The notes under the pieces were generated by a model. It worked only from the letters and a program-made list of their open reading frames with translations. It ran no database searches and was not told the origin of the DNA. A stretch of DNA of 63,050 bases, filler included, from Hyphochytrium catenoides (taxonomy: Eukaryota; Protista; Hyphochytriomycota), in NCBI GenBank assembly GCA_900088475.1. It is 7 parts of 7 records of this genome, joined end to end, with 100 filler letters (N's around TTAATTAATTAA, not from the genome) between each part and the next. Parts side by side here need not be neighbours in the genome. Positions count along the whole stretch, not along the records: positions 60,067 to 63,050 come from FLMG01004462.1; 6 more parts are not named here. One strand, written 5' to 3'. This document shows, in pieces, positions 61,651 to 63,050 of the stretch. The stretch's first letter is position 1; every line of letters starts with the position of its first letter. The translations under genes and the position numbers were made by a program.

Positions 61651-63050
61651 CCTTTCTTTTTCCAGGAAGTGTCTGTTAACCGATTTCTAAGTGGCAGCTT
61701 TCCTTCCCCTGTTAGCCTGAGCGCAACGTTTCACTAATTCCAGCGCTTCTCTATCACCTCATTGCTTCTCTTTGTTCTATAGGCTTTCTCTTCCATAGCA
61801 CTCTTTCTCTCTCATGTCTCGTGTATACGTTTCTATAACTAATTAATATTCTTCAGTCCCTATTATTGCTAACTGTTGTCTCGCTCTTTGTCTCTTCGTT
61901 CAATCCTCATTGTTGACAGTCATCATGTACTTCTGATCATTAGTGATATTCTGATGATGATTTAGGTGAGGTGCCGGGCAAAACTCTGTGCAACGGGGTT
62001 ACAGAGAGCAAAAAAAGAGACTCAGGAATGGGATGAAACGCTGCTACTACGTGTAGGAGCACTTCGCAAGCAGAAGAGCAGAGGGGCATGGGAGGACACT
62101 TGGAACACAAGGCCACAAGCTTCTTTGCTAACGCCTTTGGCAGAAACCCACCTCAAACCTGTTGTCTCTTCCTTCTTCATGCTTGACTCCATTCTCGTCA
62201 GGGGGAACAAATAAATAGACGGAATGGAGCTATGCTGCTTGGCATAAGGATAAGAACAGCACAAGTGAATGGACTAAACTGTAGACGAGGGGGGAGCTCT
62301 AAAGACCAACAGGTGCTGCGAAATTTGTACCGGTTAGCATGCGATGAAGCGCAGTAAGGAGCACAGATATTTATGTTGGTAGATCAACGAACAACCAGTA
62401 TTTTATCAGCCGATAGATCCGAAAAAATATCTGCTCCTCCTCCCGTGCCACCAATTGGCCAGCGTTGTCTCTGATGCCTTCATGATTTAACAACTAGACT
62501 ACTAATCGATCCGTACAATACAAAATGCTCCGTCAGTAGCTTCGTGTGTTTGGGATAGAGCCACCACATCATATGACTGAATTTGTAGCCTCCTCAGAGG
62601 CTGCTGAGAAGTTAAGGGAGATTGAAAATAACCAGAGTAGATTGACCTCATTAGGTAGTAAGGTGAGGGACAGAAGAAATGAGGATCAGAGCCAGTTCTG
62701 GCAGAGAAAGGAGCCCCCGAGATTTGCTGTAAGCTGATATCAGTGAGGCGGAAAAAAGAAGTCTGTTCTGTCGATGACGTTGTCGGGCCAAGGGAGGGCA
62801 GATCGAGACCCTAACAAGAGAGAAGTCAGAATCTCTTCCCTTTTAACAAAGACAAAGTCCAGGAGAGTGTTTTGTTTTCTCCTCAACAAGAGAAGATATC
62901 GTCATCTCCTCCTTCTCGGGAGGATGAGGCACCTCTTGCTCTTCCGACCATCTCACCGAAGAGACAGAGTACTGCCTCTCTCTCTCTTATTACTTCTATC
63001 CATATCTCTATATTCACGCTCCTTGGTCTGTTCCTTGATGTCTTAATTTC

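Noticed and set aside
61650-63050. Short ORFs at the window end
   Set aside because: No motif support.

Overview
Eukaryotic genomic DNA, probably from a stramenopile (inferred from gene content). It has GT-AG introns, dense (AG)n/(CT)n microsatellites, and contigs joined by 100-nt N/TTAATTAATTAA/N linkers. Left to right: the 3' part of a frameshifted Ty3/Gypsy LTR retrotransposon with a PPT and a 148-bp LTR; a two-exon 7TM GPCR-TKL kinase fusion; a multi-exon WD40 gene; an unknown protein with five 62-aa repeats; and two decayed CRE-like non-LTR remnants. Next is the main candidate novel system, a 12-kb cluster of five intronless Crinkler/RHS-type genes (REase-fold nuclease with or without a P-loop NTPase). 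These lack the usual CRN header and instead have N-termini resembling mitochondrial presequences. Intact nuclease motifs occur only in NTPase-less members, and one of these is split at an in-register A_AAA_AAC heptamer followed by a stem-loop (candidate -1 frameshift). Further right: SF3B4 (partial), the 3' end of a Cys-rich repeat gene, a fold-back pseudogene, a bHLH-PAS factor, calmodulin-lysine methyltransferase, a BAR-PH-PDZ gene and a chromovirus remnant. All family calls come from motif recognition by eye; no searches were run.
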